Of a DNA stretch of 64,000 nt, positions 63,396 through 64,000 are shown piece by piece. How positions within the stretch are numbered: position 1 is the first letter of the stretch; every line of letters begins with the position of its first letter. Origin of the DNA: an uncultured Spirochaetota bacterium (GTDB lineage Bacteria; Spirochaetota; Spirochaetia; SZUA-6; Fen-1364). The notes beneath the pieces are model-generated. The model was not told the DNA's origin and did not search any database. It saw only the letters and a list, made by a program, of their open reading frames with translations. The stretch is from positions 1 to 64,000 of the forward strand of contig CAVUXE010000057.1 of NCBI GenBank assembly GCA_963745235.1, in the 5' to 3' direction. The position numbers and the translations under genes were made by a program.

Positions 63396-63603
63396 TCAGT
63401 ACTTGCCCGGCGTACGGCATGAGCTTCTTGACGCGCTTCTGCTCGACAGAGCTGAGCGTGGCGGGAAGGCGCAGGCGTCTCTTCCTCTTGGCGTTCTTCT
63501 TGGTGAGGATATGGCGCAGGCCCTGCTTCTTGTAGCGCACCTTTCCCGTGCCGGTGACATGGTAGCGCTTGGCCGCGGCTTTCTTCGTCTTCATCTTGGG
63601 CAT
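63396..63603 (-). CDS. rpmI: 50S ribosomal protein L35 (extra G near 63407 removes the stop)
   Basis: [19 protein letters not shown]...RHILTKK..KRKR.LR. Removing one G gives ...LMPYAGKY* with TGA at 63398-63396. Confidence 0.93.
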
Positions 63604-63606
63604 TGT

Positions 63607-64000
63607 CTATCCTTTCTTGGCCTTGGTTCCCTTTGGGTTCAGGAGGATCGACATCGTTCGACCTTCCATCTGGGCGGGCTTCTCCACGAGGAAGGAGTCT
63701 CCGAGCATCTCCAGGATCTTGTCCAGTACATCCTTGCCGAGCTCCGTGTGCGCAAGCTCACGGCCGCGGAAGCGGACCGTCACCTTGACCTTGTTCCCCT
63801 CATCGAGGAACTCGCGCACATGTCGCGTTTTGAACTCCAGGTCATGCCCGTCGATTTTCGGCTGCATCCGGATCTCTTTGATCCGGATCTGCTTCTGGTG
63901 CTTCTTTGACTCCCGGCTCTTCTTCTCGAGCTCGAACTTGTATTTTCCGTAATCGAGGAGCTTGCATACCGGCGGTTGGGCCTGCGGGGCTACTTCCACC
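63607..64000 (-). CDS. infC: Translation initiation factor IF-3 (5' end outside the window)
   Basis: [26 protein letters not shown] and [12 protein letters not shown]. Confidence 0.98.
   Translation of the reverse strand, partial: VEVAPQAQPPVCKLLDYGKYKFELEKKSRESKKHQKQIRIKEIRMQPKIDGHDLEFKTRHVREFLDEGNKVKVTVRFRGRELAHTELGKDVLDKILEMLGDSFLVEKPAQMEGRTMSILLNPKGTKAKKG

Noticed and set aside
62638-63603. 321-aa L35-ZapB fusion ORF spanning rplT
   Set aside because: One extra G removes the rpmI stop; rpmI, rplT and the zapB-like gene are separate genes.

Overview
A GC-rich bacterial chromosomal segment, almost certainly from a spirochaete (two MIINHNMSA-type FlaB flagellins, a PlzA-like PilZ protein, flgN-flgK-flgL-fliW-csrA, FapA). 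Bases 1-3233 are the right end of an integrative element: a DUF2130-like coiled-coil gene that the ORF track missed, a sirtuin remnant, an XRE repressor, and a large serine recombinase whose stop codon lies inside the antisense of tRNA-Asn. Next come amrS-metK behind a SAM-II-like riboswitch and a complete 1666-bp IS (19-bp TIRs, 9-bp TSD). The middle holds pfk, trpS, ftsH, mfd, fapA, a TetR/hydrolase pair with a triple operator, two soluble PAS kinases, glgC, an MrfAB-like helicase-exonuclease pair, and a ROK-regulated sugar ABC locus with two GH94 phosphorylases. The right end holds trxB, a lipoyl/octanoyl transferase, nagZ, late flagellar genes, tsaEB, HD-GYP and PilZ genes, zapAB and infC-rpmI-rplT. 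About 20 single-base frameshifts, including one in rpmI, most likely reflect long-read consensus errors. The most striking non-routine signals are (i) CsrA-type ANGGAN-hexaloop hairpins at the flaB and flaG leaders plus a four-hairpin array hidden in the zapA 3' coding tail, (ii) the SAM-II-like RNA, and (iii) the tRNA-overlapping serine integrase. All calls are by eye; no database searches were run.
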